Positions 11,085 through 23,914 of a stretch of DNA of 64,000 nt are shown here, piece by piece. The notes beneath the pieces are model-generated. The model made no database searches, had not been told where the DNA came from, and saw only the letters and a list, made by a program, of their open reading frames with translations. The DNA comes from Blastocatellia bacterium (lineage in GTDB: Bacteria > Acidobacteriota > Blastocatellia > RBC074): assembly GCA_043736395.1 (NCBI GenBank), contig JAYTCQ010000174.1:4886-68885 (forward strand). Reading direction: 5' to 3'. The translations under genes and the position numbers were made by a program. Numbering within the stretch: the first letter of the stretch is position 1; every line of letters starts with the position of its first letter.

Positions 11085-12344
11085 ATGGCCAATCCTATCA
11101 TTGCAGCTATTCGTAGTGGTTCAGCTCCTGCCCCCGCCAAAATGGCAGCCGCTCGGGCAGCCTTACCGTTACCTCCCGAAGACCTGCTTGAGATTCTGGT
11201 TGTCCTTTGCCAGGATCAAGATGTTGATTTGCGAACCACAGCCATTAAATCACTCAATGAATTTGATGCTGACCGGATGCGGGAAGTAGTCAAATTAACA
11301 TCAACACCGATTGATGTTTTGCTGTTTCTCTGTACTTGGCGAAATGGAAAAAAAGATTTCTACGAAGCCATGGTGTTGAACGATTCGACACCCGATCACG
11401 GCATGTCTGAACTGGCAAAATGGAATAAAGATGGTTCACTTTTAGAACTAATCGCCATTAACCAGGAACGAATGATTCGTCATCCTGAAATTATTACCTC
11501 GCTCATTGCAAACAAAGCCAGTACGCCGGAAGCCGTGCGACGCGCCACTGAGTGCCGGATAGAATTCTTCGAGAAGGAGCTGGGAGCCAAACGTGTTGAA
11601 GACGAAAGACGCGCACGCGCGGCAGCCGCTTCCGCGGCGTTAGGCTTGAACTATGTCGAAGAAGCGCTCATCGAACTTATTGATGACGATATAAAAATTG
11701 AAGAATTAGATTTTGAAAATGTCCTTGAGGGTGAAGATGATCCTAAAATCGGCCCCGAATTCCAACGAATAATTCGTGAAGAACTTAATCGCGTCAACGC
11801 GGAGGAAGTAGTTGCTGAACAAGTAGTTTCAGAAGAAAATCTCACGATGATGGATGATAATCCTGAAGCTGACGAATTAGTTAGTCAGATCATCAGTCAA
11901 ATGTCCGCCGAAGGAGAAGTAGCTTCGCCCGAACGTTTGACCGTGCTCCAAAAGATCGCGCGTATGTCCGCTAAAGCTCGCGTCAAATTAGCTCTCAAAG
12001 GCAATCGTGAAGCGCGTAACATTTTGCGACGTGATCCAAATAAATCCGTCATCATGGGAGTTCTCGGTAATTCCCGTATCACGGAATCTGAAGTTGAAGC
12101 TATCTCTGCCATGAAGACACTCCCGGAAGAGGCTTTAAGACTGATTTCATTGAACAGACAATGGATTAGAAACTATCCCATCATTCATAACTTAGTAAGA
12201 AATGCGCGAACTCCCGTAGCCACCAGTCTGCCATTACTTAACCGATTATTTCCAAAGGATTTGAAAGCAATGGTCACTAATCGAAACGTACCAGACGTGA
12301 TCCGTAAACAAGCTGGCCGATTAGCTGTAGCCCGGCGGTCGTAA
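11085..12344 (+). CDS. hypothetical protein (alpha-helical, acidic central region)
   Basis: 419-aa ORF with consistent coding character. No motif recognised. Confidence 0.5.
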   Translation: MANPIIAAIRSGSAPAPAKMAAARAALPLPPEDLLEILVVLCQDQDVDLRTTAIKSLNEFDADRMREVVKLTSTPIDVLLFLCTWRNGKKDFYEAMVLNDSTPDHGMSELAKWNKDGSLLELIAINQERMIRHPEIITSLIANKASTPEAVRRATECRIEFFEKELGAKRVEDERRARAAAASAALGLNYVEEALIELIDDDIKIEELDFENVLEGEDDPKIGPEFQRIIREELNRVNAEEVVAEQVVSEENLTMMDDNPEADELVSQIISQMSAEGEVASPERLTVLQKIARMSAKARVKLALKGNREARNILRRDPNKSVIMGVLGNSRITESEVEAISAMKTLPEEALRLISLNRQWIRNYPIIHNLVRNARTPVATSLPLLNRLFPKDLKAMVTNRNVPDVIRKQAGRLAVARRS

Positions 12345-12468
12345 ATCGTTGTAGTTAAATTGACAGTCTCGTTATCTTACTTGTAAGATAGCGAACTATT
12401 TTGAACAGTTTCCTTAATTACCAAATTAATTCAGCCTCAAAAATAAGAGAGGAGAGGCACTACTAAAC

Positions 12469-13323
12469 ATGCCCACACTAGGTGAAGAACTACGGAGAAT
12501 ACGAGAAGAAAAAGGCATGAACTTGCGAGAAGTTTCTGATGCAACACACATCGGAACTCGCTTTTTGCAAGCGATTGAATCTGACAATTATTCAATCCTG
12601 CCCGGTGGTATTTTTAATCGTGGCTTTGTGCGAAGTTATGCCCGATATATTAGCATGGACGAAGAACAGGCCATGACTCTCTACAACCAGCAGCTTGAAG
12701 CACAGGGTGGGGAAGCCCCCAGAAATCCCGCTCCAAGTCTGGATGGTATTGAAGAAGAGGCCAGCTCTCCCTGGGGCAGTATTGCGTTAATTGTTATCAC
12801 TTTACTTTTACTTAGTGCTGGTATTTTTACGGCCTGGAAATGGTTCAAAGGTGGAGAAGCATTGTTGGTAAGCAATCCAGCACCAAGTGCTACTGTTAGC
12901 GCCTCTCCGTCAGCCTCGGCTGAAGCTGCGGCACCTTCGCCATCGGCCAGTTCGTCACTTAGCACTTCACCTTCTGCAATACCATCTCCGAGTGCTGCTG
13001 TTTCTCCGTCAGTCGCTCCGATGCCTGGCGCAATGCAATTAAAATTACAAGCCAAAGATGCTGACTGCTGGATTAAAGTCAGATCGGATGCGAATCCAAA
13101 AAGTGAAATGGCAATTCTGAAACCGGGTGAATACCGCGAGGTTTCGGCCAATGAGCGCTTCATCGTCAACGTTGGAAATGTTCTGACTTTGAATGCTTAT
13201 TTAAACGGGAAGCCAATTACAATCAACGCAAACAAAGGAAAATTTATTGCTGAAGGAGTCCTGATTACCAAAGACAACCAGCAATTATTTGTACCGACTG
13301 CACCGGCAGCAGCGCCGCAGTAG
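12469..13323 (+). CDS. rodZ: RodZ-like cytoskeleton protein (HTH-XRE N-terminus, TM helix, Ser/Ala/Pro-rich linker, DUF4115-like C-terminus)
   Basis: N-terminal HTH (LGEELRRIREEKGMNLREVSDATHIGTRFLQAIESDNYSILPGG, then IFNRGFVRSYARYI). One TM helix (WGSIALIVITLLLLSAGIFTAW). Low-complexity SPSA linker. C-terminal beta domain (CWIKVRSDANPKSEMAILKPGEYREV..NAYLNGKPI). Purine-rich RBS gagaggagagg upstream. Confidence 0.7.
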   Translation: MPTLGEELRRIREEKGMNLREVSDATHIGTRFLQAIESDNYSILPGGIFNRGFVRSYARYISMDEEQAMTLYNQQLEAQGGEAPRNPAPSLDGIEEEASSPWGSIALIVITLLLLSAGIFTAWKWFKGGEALLVSNPAPSATVSASPSASAEAAAPSPSASSSLSTSPSAIPSPSAAVSPSVAPMPGAMQLKLQAKDADCWIKVRSDANPKSEMAILKPGEYREVSANERFIVNVGNVLTLNAYLNGKPITINANKGKFIAEGVLITKDNQQLFVPTAPAAAPQ

Positions 13324-13420
13324 TTATGCTGATTCATGAATTTATAAAATGGTCATTGTGGGATTACTACTTGACCAGTTTGCCTGATGATGGCAAACGA
13401 TAATTTAATCCATACGCCAC

Positions 13421-13457
13421 AAACCGCGCGGCAACCAACGCCTGCGCGGTTTTTGTT
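13421..13457 (+). terminator. rho-independent terminator after the rodZ-like gene
   Basis: aaaccgcgcgg-caaccaacg-cctgcgcggttt stem followed by tttttgttta. It lies between rodZ-like and guaB. Confidence 0.55.
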
Positions 13458-13486
13458 TATCCAGAATTTTTACGCATTGTTTATAA

Positions 13487-15730
<2,244 letters not shown>

Positions 15731-15734
<4 letters not shown>

Positions 15735-18700
15735 CGTTCAGCTAACATCCGTTCTGCTTCTTCATCTGACATTTCTTCAAGCTCAGCCAATAATGCCGCC
15801 AGCTCTGCATCTTCGGTTGAAGAAGATAAAATTTCATCAACGACCATCGCCAAGCCTTCGACGGTTGGCACTTCAAATATTTTCCGCAATGGAATTTTTA
15901 CTCCGAATGCATTCTGCAATCGAGCTACGACCTTTGTTGCTAATAATGAATGTCCTCCCAATGAAAAGAAATTATCGTTGATGCTGATTTGCTTCACTTT
16001 CAATAATTCTCCCCAGGTATTCGCTAACATTTCTTCGGTCGGAGTTCTGGGAGCAACGTAAGTCTCATTCTCTTCTCGTCGTGAAGCCTCAGGTTGAGGC
16101 AAAGATTTTCGATCAATTTTTCCATTTGGAGTTAACGGCAACCGCTCCAAACATACGAATGCTGATGGGATCATGTGAACAGGGAGCCGATCCTGAAGCT
16201 GAGCACGTATTTGAGTGGGCTGAATTTTTGATGGCGTGACAACGTAGGCCACCAGCCGCTGATCTCCCGGTTGATCTTCACGAACGATAACGGCGGCATC
16301 ACTAATTTCAGACAAGCGTTTGAGCGCTTCTTCAATTTCACCTGGCTCAATCCGAAAGCCTCTCAACTTCACCTGCGCATCGGCACGCCCCAATAATTCA
16401 ATTGTGCCGTCAGAAAGATAACGACCGAGATCGCCGGAGAAATAAAATTTTTCTGAGGATGAGTGATGGGTGATGGGTGATGAGTTACTCGACACCTGAC
16501 CCCTAACACCTAACACCTGAAACCTCTCCGCCGTTAATTCGGAACGATTCAAATATCCACGTGTGACTCCGTTGCCACCGATGCAAAGCTCTCCCGCAAC
16601 GCCAATGGGGACGATGCATTGATTGCGATCCACAAAATAAATTTTTGTATTGGCAAATGGTTTTCCAATGGGAACCATTCCTTCGCCTTGCAAATCGCTG
16701 GCTTCAAAATAGGTGCTGTCAATCGTCGCTTCCGTCACACCGTACGAATTCACAACTCGCGCTTGCGAGCCACAAAGCCTTCGAAGTTTTCTATATTCCT
16801 CGCGCTGCCACGTGTCGGAGCCTACAACTACCAGCCGCATAAAATCTAGTCGCAAATTACTTTCTTCCAGATGCTCAAGTAATGGACGCATCACTGCCGG
16901 AACAAATTCCGCCGAATCTATTTCTTCTGTCCGCATCAAATCGTACAGGCGATCAGGTTCGAGTAAATAATCTGTCGGACAAATTACCAGCTTTGCGCCA
17001 CTGCAAAGCGCCCGTACAAAATCACCGGTGAAGACATCAAAGGAAAAACTCGCCATTTGTAAATGACTCTTCAGCGATGAAAGTTTGTAAGCCTGCTCCC
17101 ACGCGGCGAATGCATTGACGACGTTGCCGTGCGTCACCATTACACCTTTCGCCTGGCCCGTCGAACCGGAGGTATAAATCACGTACGCCAGATTTTCAGC
17201 ACTCATTTCTGTCTTTAGATTTTTCCCATCAAAAATTTCAGATTGAAAATTTTTATACAGATCGTCCAGATATATCACTTCTGCCGAATGCTCCGGTAAT
17301 CTTTGCTGAAGGTGCTTTTGCGTCAACAAAACTTTAACATTCGCATCACTGAGCATGTGCGCCAGCCGCTCCGCCGGATAGTTCGGGTCAAGCGGTAAAT
17401 AAGCGCCACCAGCTTTGAGAATGGCCAATACCCCAACCACCATTTCGAGCGAACGCTCAACGCACAGACCAACAATCATTTCGGGAGACACACCAAATTT
17501 CAGTAAATGATGCGCTAAAAAATTTGCCCGTTTATTCAATTCTGCATACGTGATTTTTTTTCCGTCGAACGCAACGGCAATGGCTTCAGGCGTACGCGCC
17601 GCTTGTTCCTCAATCAATTGATGCAAAGATAACTTTGGCACTTCAACTGTTGGCGCATTCCAGTTGGATAAAATTTGCTGCGTCTCTTGCGCGGTCAACA
17701 ATGGCAATTGTGAAATTTGCTGAACAGGGTTTTCGACAATTCCCTCCAACAAAATTTCCCATTGCGTCAGCATTCGCTCAGCAGTTTCTGCTGCAAATAA
17801 ATCGCGGTCATATTCCAGCCAGACTTCCAGACCTTCCGGTTTTTCATAGACATCCAAACTCAAATCAAACTTGGCAGTGGTGCTGGCAAACTTCACTGGA
17901 GTCAAACTAATATCTTTCCAATGTGCTGACATATCTGGCGCATTCTGCATTGCAAACATCACTTGGAAAATCGGCGAATAGCTCAAGCTTCGTTCCGGTT
18001 GAAGCGCTTCAACTAATTTTTCAAACGGCATTTCCTGATGCGCATACGCTCCCAGCGCACGTTCACGGGTTCGCTGGAGCAACTCAATAAATTTCGGATC
18101 ACCCTCTAAATTCCCGCACAACGCTAAGGTATTCACAAAAAACCCAATCAGGCTTTCCGTTTCAGTTTTTGGACGTCCGGCAATCGGAGTTCCTACCACG
18201 ACCTGTTCCTGACCGCTGTAGCGCATCAGTAAAACCTGGAACGCAGACAGTAACGTCATATACAAAGTTACGCCTTCACGTTGGCTTAAAGATTTTAGTT
18301 TTTTGAGTAATTTCGCCGATACAAATTTAGAAATTTGCGCACCGCGATATTTCTGTACCGCCGGACGTGGCTTATCTGTTGGCAGTTCCAAAAAGGCGGG
18401 TGCACTACGTAAATGTTCGCGCCAGTAATTCACCTGTTCGGCTAAGATTTCACTTTGTAAATACTCTTGTTGCCAGCACGCATAATCAGCGAATTGAATC
18501 GGCAAATCCGGTAATTGCGAGGAATGGTCATAACCTGTTCCTAATTCATTTAGAAAAATACTTATGGACCAACCATCACTGATAATGTGGTGAAATACGA
18601 TGATTAATAAATGTTCTGATTCGTTGAGCCGGAGCAAATGCAAGCGCCACAAGGGAGTCTGGCTCAAATCAAAAGGCGTTTCAATCGCATGTGAAATCAG

Positions 18701-20908
18701 ACGCATTTTTTCTGCTTGACGATAATCCGCTGAAAAGTTACTAAGGTCAGCTAACGGCAAATCAGCCTGTAAAAATGGGGTAATGCGCTGACTGGCTTGC
18801 CCATTTTCAGAAACAAAACTTGTTCGTAAGATTTCGTGACGATCAACTACGGCTTGCAAGGCTTGCTGCAACGCAGAGACTTCAAGTTTTCCCTTGAGCC
18901 GAATGATTTTGCTTAAATTATACGTGGCCGTGGCCGGCTCTAATTGATCCAGAAACCAGAGGCGCTGTTGTGAAAATGAGAGCGGAATTCCGACCTGCTT
19001 ATTTGTCCGCAACAAGGCCGGGACAAAAACTTTAGAGTTACTTTTTTGAAATTGCGTGATCGCTTCAGCCAAGTCTGCAACTGTTGGAGAATTGAAAATC
19101 GTACTTAACGGCAGTTGTATTTTAAAGTCAGTCCGCAACCTTGAAATTACCTGACCTGCCAATAGTGAATGTCCTCCGATGGCAAAAAAATTATCTCGTC
19201 TGCCCACCCGTTCGCGACCTAAAACTTTAGCCCAGATTGCTGCAATAATTTCTTCTATCGGCGTCTTCGGAGCAAGATAACTATCTTGAATTTGAAGAGA
19301 ATTGGCATCTGGTGCTGGCAGCGCTTTGCGATCAATTTTCCCGTTCGGAGTCAGAGGCAAACCATCAATCTTCACAAAAGCGGCGGGAACCATGTAATCC
19401 GGCAATTCGCGTACGATCAGTTCGCGGAGTTCTTGAAACACTGCCTTTTGGGTTTCAGGTTTTGGGTTTCGGGTGACGATGTAGGCGACCAGCTGCTTGC
19501 GTCCAGGAACGTCTTCACAAGCAATGACAGAGCATTCGCGAACACTCGGATGCCTCATGAGAAATGCTTCGATTTCTCCCAGCTCGACGCGGAAGCCGCG
19601 AATTTTTACTTGAAAATCCTGTCGCCCTAAACACTCCAATTCACCATTCGGCAACCAACGCGCGTAATCGCCGGTAGGGACGCTCGAGTAATGAGTGATG
19701 AGTGATGAGTGATGAGTATCAATACCACGAAACTCAAAATTCGAAATTTGAAATTGTTTTCCGTGAAGATAGCCGCGCCCAACGCCTGCGCCACAAACGT
19801 AAATTTCTCCGGCTTCCCCTTTTGGTACAGGTTGCTGATTTTCGTCGAGTAGAAAAATTTGTGTATTGGCGATGGGGCGTCCGATGGGTATGACTTTTAT
19901 TTCTCCACTCAGCTCAGAAGATTTGATGCGATGCATCGCCACAATCCCGCTGGTTTCGGTTTGCCCCATCATGTGAACGTGCGTCGCGGGATGCTTGAAT
20001 TCATTGATCCAGGTGCTTGGAATATCTGACAGCAAAGGTTCACTGGCAGATAAAATTAACCGCAGATCATTCGCTAATAATTCCTCTCGTTGCGTTTCGG
20101 CAAGCTCTAATAAAGCATTTGTACAATGCCGCTGGAACGAAGGCACCGCATCGAAAACTGTGACGTGATATTTTTTGATTAGGGCGAAAAGCGGAAGCGG
20201 ATCCATCCGCTGTTCTTCATCCGCAATAACGACAGTGGCTCCGTGCGCCAGCGGGAAAAGCAAATGACGACGCGACGACGAAAATCCAATTGAAGCCAGG
20301 TGCAAATAACAATCCTGCGGCGTGAGCTGTAATTCGTTTTGCAGCGCTGTCACATAATGCGTGAGATTGCGCTGCGTCAACATGGTGCCTTTGGGCTTGC
20401 CTGTCGAACCAGAGGTATAAATCAGATAAGACAAATTTTCAGCATTGAGTTGAGCCTGAAGATTTTCTGCGCTGTGTTTTGAAATTTCAGACCAGTCCGT
20501 ATCAAGCGAAACAAACTGAGAATCCGCATTTAAAAACTGAGGCAGCAAGCGCGATTCAGTGACGACGATTGGAGCCGCAGTGTCCGCCAGCATAAATGCG
20601 ATGCGATCTGTCGGGTACGCCGGATCAATCGGCACAAACGCCGATCCTGATTTAAGAATTCCAAGAATGCCAACCGCCATGTCTACGGATCGCCCGACAC
20701 AGATCGGAATCATCACTTCCGGCCCTGCGCCAAGTGATCCTAAATAATGTGCCAATTGATTGGCTCGCTGATTTAGTTCGTTGTAGGTTAGTTGTTGCTG
20801 ATTGCACACGACGGCAACCTGTCGCGGCAGGAGGGCGACTTTCTGCTCAAAGAGTTCGTACCAGCAAGACTCTAGTTTATGCGTTGTGTTTATTTCTTTG
20901 GGTTCCAT
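15731..20908 (-). CDS. non-ribosomal peptide synthetase, two modules: A1-T1-C2-A2-T2 with a C-terminal acidic docking (COM-like) tail; no TE
   Basis: A core motifs appear twice (LSYLIYTSGSTGKPKG / LAYVIYTSGSTGQAKG, GELCIGGNGVTRGYL, GRQDFQVKIRGFRVELGEIE / GRADAQVKLRGFRIEPGEIE, LPLTPNGKIDRK twice). Two PCP motifs (FFAIGGHSLLA and FFSLGGHSLLA). One C domain (HHIISDGWS). The protein starts directly with an A domain (no C) and ends with the acidic tail EDAELAALLAELEEMSDEEAERMLAER. In A1 the Asp235 position reads FSSS instead of FDxS. Confidence 0.9.
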
Positions 20909-21013
20909 TCATTGCTGCTCAAATATTTCTCACGGCTCAGATAAGAAATGACTAATCAACTGGAAATTTCAAATTTGATTTAGGTAACTCCTGTCTGAAC
21001 AAAATCTCGAAAA

Positions 21014-23002
21014 CTAATTAGTGCCTGTTCTAAACCTCCAATGCGGGCTAATCGAAGTGCCGATGCCATCGCTCACCGTGACATACCATTCGTATTCAGT
21101 ATTTGGTCGTAAGCCTGACCAATTCACCGTCGCGGTCGCTCCAGAAATGGCATTCGGATTCGATTTGATAACTGTAAAGCCACTGTCTTGCAGGTTGGAA
21201 TTTAAAGTGAATTGGCTGATCGCCGTCTGATCAAAAATGTTTTGCGTCGGAGAATATGTTTGGACGCGAATTTGATTACTTGCTGGAGATAGCTCCATAA
21301 TTCTAAGCCATCCGTCACCACCATTTTGTAAATTTTGGAAATCAGAAAGTAGCGTGTAAACGGTATTTCCATTGAAAACATCCTGCCTGCGAGCTTCGCC
21401 TGGAACGTGTCCTGTCAGCATTAAAAACAAATTGGAATTTGATTTTAATGCGTCATACGTCGCTCGCCCTTGCGTCGAAAATGAAGCATTCAAATTGAGT
21501 AAATTGTGACTGACAATAATGGCGTGGCGGGTGCTGTAGGTCTTCAGCAAATTATTTGCCCAGCTTAAAATTGCGGTATCCGGGGTTTCGTCAAACTCCA
21601 GATAAATCGTGATGAAATCCATTCCGCCCGCTGAAAATAACTGGTACTGATTATCCAGATTGCCGCCATAACGGCCGCCATAATAATTGCGTTTGTAAAA
21701 CCGCGAAGTCCCGAAATACTGATTGAAAAGTTTGGTCGAAGCTCCGACTGGATTTCCTTCCGGCGACTGATCATGATTTCCAACAGCTACGCCAAAAGGA
21801 AGGCCATCAAGCAAACTGGTCGTGACAGGATTTTCCAATAATTTCATTGCTCCATCCACATTCAACCATTCGCTGACGCTGTCTCCGTGCTCAACACAAT
21901 CGCCCAGATGAGCCACATATCCGATGTTGCGCGCCGTTCGCTGATTCACAATCCATTGTGTTTGCGCAGTGAACATCGCACTCGTTCCGCTAAATAAATT
22001 ACTGGAATAATATTGTGTATCCGGCAACGCAATGAGCGAAAAAGTCGCTCCTGTCGTTCCGGCAATTTTCCCGTAATACGTCACAATCAAGTTGTCATTT
22101 TCAGGATCAGAAACTGATACACTTAAGTTCGGATTCGTTGGGACATTAATTGAATTATTCGACGGAGCATTGAGCGTTGCGATCACAGGATTTTGATTGC
22201 CCACAAAATTTATTCCGCTTGTCCACAGCCAATTGGAACCGCGCAAAGTGCCGTTAAGATTGCGTCCGCTTGAATCCGCAATCCTCGTTCCGCTTCCATC
22301 ATTTAATGCCCAACGCGCAATCAATCCAGTCGTGACGGAAAGTTGTTGACGCATTCCATCAATAATTTGTGAGACGGGACGCGCATAATTCCACAGACGA
22401 ACTTCATCCAGTGTACCGGCAAAAAATCCTTCAGCGACTCCGGTTGAATTCAGAGCCGAAGCCAACGCGGTGTGCTGAATGCTATCGTTCCTGGCCGATA
22501 GCCCAACATTGATTTCAGCCTCCAAATTTCCATTGAGGTAAAGCCGAAAGATTTGGCCGTTGTATGAAACTGCGGCGTGGTACCACGTGTTATAACGCAC
22601 CGGCGTGACTCCGCGCAGGGGATGATTTCCGCCCAATGGTTTATCTTCAAAATCCGCAGCCAGCACACCAGTAGAGTTATCAATGCCCAAAAAATAATTC
22701 ATATCCACAGTGCTGCCGTCATCTTCGCCGCGTCCTTTGGTTACCAGAGGAATCGCACTCAAGCCACCATTACCAGTAAAAGTCGGTTGACCGATTCCAG
22801 TGCGACGAAACCATGTTTCTACCGTGAAGGACGAAAATCCCAGCTGGCTTGGAGTCCCGAAAGTAACGTAATCCCCTGACCCACTGAATGAAAGCGCATC
22901 CGTTCTTTGAAATGGTGGTTTCGCAGAAAAAATATTTAGTGTAAAACCACAGATCAAAACGAACGCAAAATTCCATCGTAGTTTTTGTTTCATACAATTC
23001 AA
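21014..23002 (-). CDS. secreted LamG/concanavalin-A-like lectin domain fused to calcineurin-like metallophosphoesterase
   Basis: Signal peptide. The N-terminal ~250 aa fit a LamG-like jelly-roll (YNTWYHAAVSYNGQIFRLYLNG, AGTLDEVRLWNYARPVSQI). The metallophosphatase motifs are GDCVEHGDS, GNHD and IIVSHN..GH. Confidence 0.7.
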   Translation of the reverse strand: MNCMKQKLRWNFAFVLICGFTLNIFSAKPPFQRTDALSFSGSGDYVTFGTPSQLGFSSFTVETWFRRTGIGQPTFTGNGGLSAIPLVTKGRGEDDGSTVDMNYFLGIDNSTGVLAADFEDKPLGGNHPLRGVTPVRYNTWYHAAVSYNGQIFRLYLNGNLEAEINVGLSARNDSIQHTALASALNSTGVAEGFFAGTLDEVRLWNYARPVSQIIDGMRQQLSVTTGLIARWALNDGSGTRIADSSGRNLNGTLRGSNWLWTSGINFVGNQNPVIATLNAPSNNSINVPTNPNLSVSVSDPENDNLIVTYYGKIAGTTGATFSLIALPDTQYYSSNLFSGTSAMFTAQTQWIVNQRTARNIGYVAHLGDCVEHGDSVSEWLNVDGAMKLLENPVTTSLLDGLPFGVAVGNHDQSPEGNPVGASTKLFNQYFGTSRFYKRNYYGGRYGGNLDNQYQLFSAGGMDFITIYLEFDETPDTAILSWANNLLKTYSTRHAIIVSHNLLNLNASFSTQGRATYDALKSNSNLFLMLTGHVPGEARRQDVFNGNTVYTLLSDFQNLQNGGDGWLRIMELSPASNQIRVQTYSPTQNIFDQTAISQFTLNSNLQDSGFTVIKSNPNAISGATATVNWSGLRPNTEYEWYVTVSDGIGTSISPHWRFRTGTN

Positions 23003-23005
23003 TTC

Positions 23006-23914
23006 TTACGCCTGCGGTTCCTTATCAAGCCTGAGCAAATAACCGGTTTTACGTTTCAAATCTGTTTGAATTGAAACATAAATACCGTCCTGATCATCCA
23101 TTGTGATCCCGCAAATATTGCTTAATTTTCCGCCCAGCACAGCTATCGTTTTGACGCCTTCTTCAGGTGTATAGCGCATCAGTTTTCCGTGGCTGCTATC
23201 AGTGATGTACAGCACATGATTGGCATACCAAATCGTTTCCGGGGAAAATCCCTCACGGTTTTCGATCAACCGTTGCAGCTTCATTTCAGGCGTCAGGACA
23301 TACACAATCTGGTCTTCGTTGTCGGCGATATAAAGATTGCCTTTTTCATCAAAGACCATACTTTCCGGCTTCGTGATTCCATATCCCGGTCCCAGAAAAA
23401 CGGTTACTTCTCCGGTGCGGCTCACGCTAAAAACCTGATGCCGGACGCCGTCGCCAACGAGGATCGCACCTGAAGGAGACAACGCGATTCCTTCCGTTGA
23501 AACCAATCCTTTTTCCCTGCCCGCCAGCAGAAAAGCTTTCCCATTTTTATCCACCTCCCAGACACCACCCGCATCGTCATCCGTGAAAAAAATATTGCCT
23601 TCCGCGTCCATCACTAAATCTTCAGGAGATTGAATTCCGAGTGTCGTATCGCATAACGTTTTGACATCTTTCGCATCGTGCCAGATTCGTAATGCGCCGC
23701 CTGCCTCATCCGCCATGATTAGCTTCCCCTGTCGCCACAAAATTCCATCGGCGACTTCAAAGCCGTCGTGATTCGTTGCAATCACCGTCGCGCGATAATC
23801 AGGGTCAGTCAGCATCACCATTCCCTTTTGATCAAGCCCGCAGGAATTCATCAAAAAGACACAAAGAAAAATTGCTGCCAGCTTTGAGATTTTATTAATG
23901 TGAGGAATTGTCAT
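23006..23914 (-). CDS. NHL-repeat / SMP-30-gluconolactonase-like beta-propeller lipoprotein
   Basis: Lipobox LMNSCG after the signal peptide. Repeated blade signatures (GNIFFTDDDAGGVWEV, GNLYIADNEDQIVYVL, HVLYITDSSHGKLMRY, DGIYVSIQTD) typical of NHL/SGL six-bladed propellers. Confidence 0.6.
   Translation of the reverse strand: MTIPHINKISKLAAIFLCVFLMNSCGLDQKGMVMLTDPDYRATVIATNHDGFEVADGILWRQGKLIMADEAGGALRIWHDAKDVKTLCDTTLGIQSPEDLVMDAEGNIFFTDDDAGGVWEVDKNGKAFLLAGREKGLVSTEGIALSPSGAILVGDGVRHQVFSVSRTGEVTVFLGPGYGITKPESMVFDEKGNLYIADNEDQIVYVLTPEMKLQRLIENREGFSPETIWYANHVLYITDSSHGKLMRYTPEEGVKTIAVLGGKLSNICGITMDDQDGIYVSIQTDLKRKTGYLLRLDKEPQA

Noticed and set aside
12681-13169. 162-aa minus-strand ORF inside the rodZ-like gene
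   Set aside because: It is antisense to the Ser/Ala/Pro linker. The low-complexity reverse translation is typical of GC-rich repeat regions.
16441-19760. Heptamer tandem repeats (tgagtga, cacctaa) considered as a CRISPR array, microsatellite insertion or mobile MITE
   Set aside because: They are in frame inside NRPS A domains and are translated into the A6-A7 loop. There is no repeat-spacer periodicity and there are no cas genes. They are kept as a finding about coding-region repeats instead.
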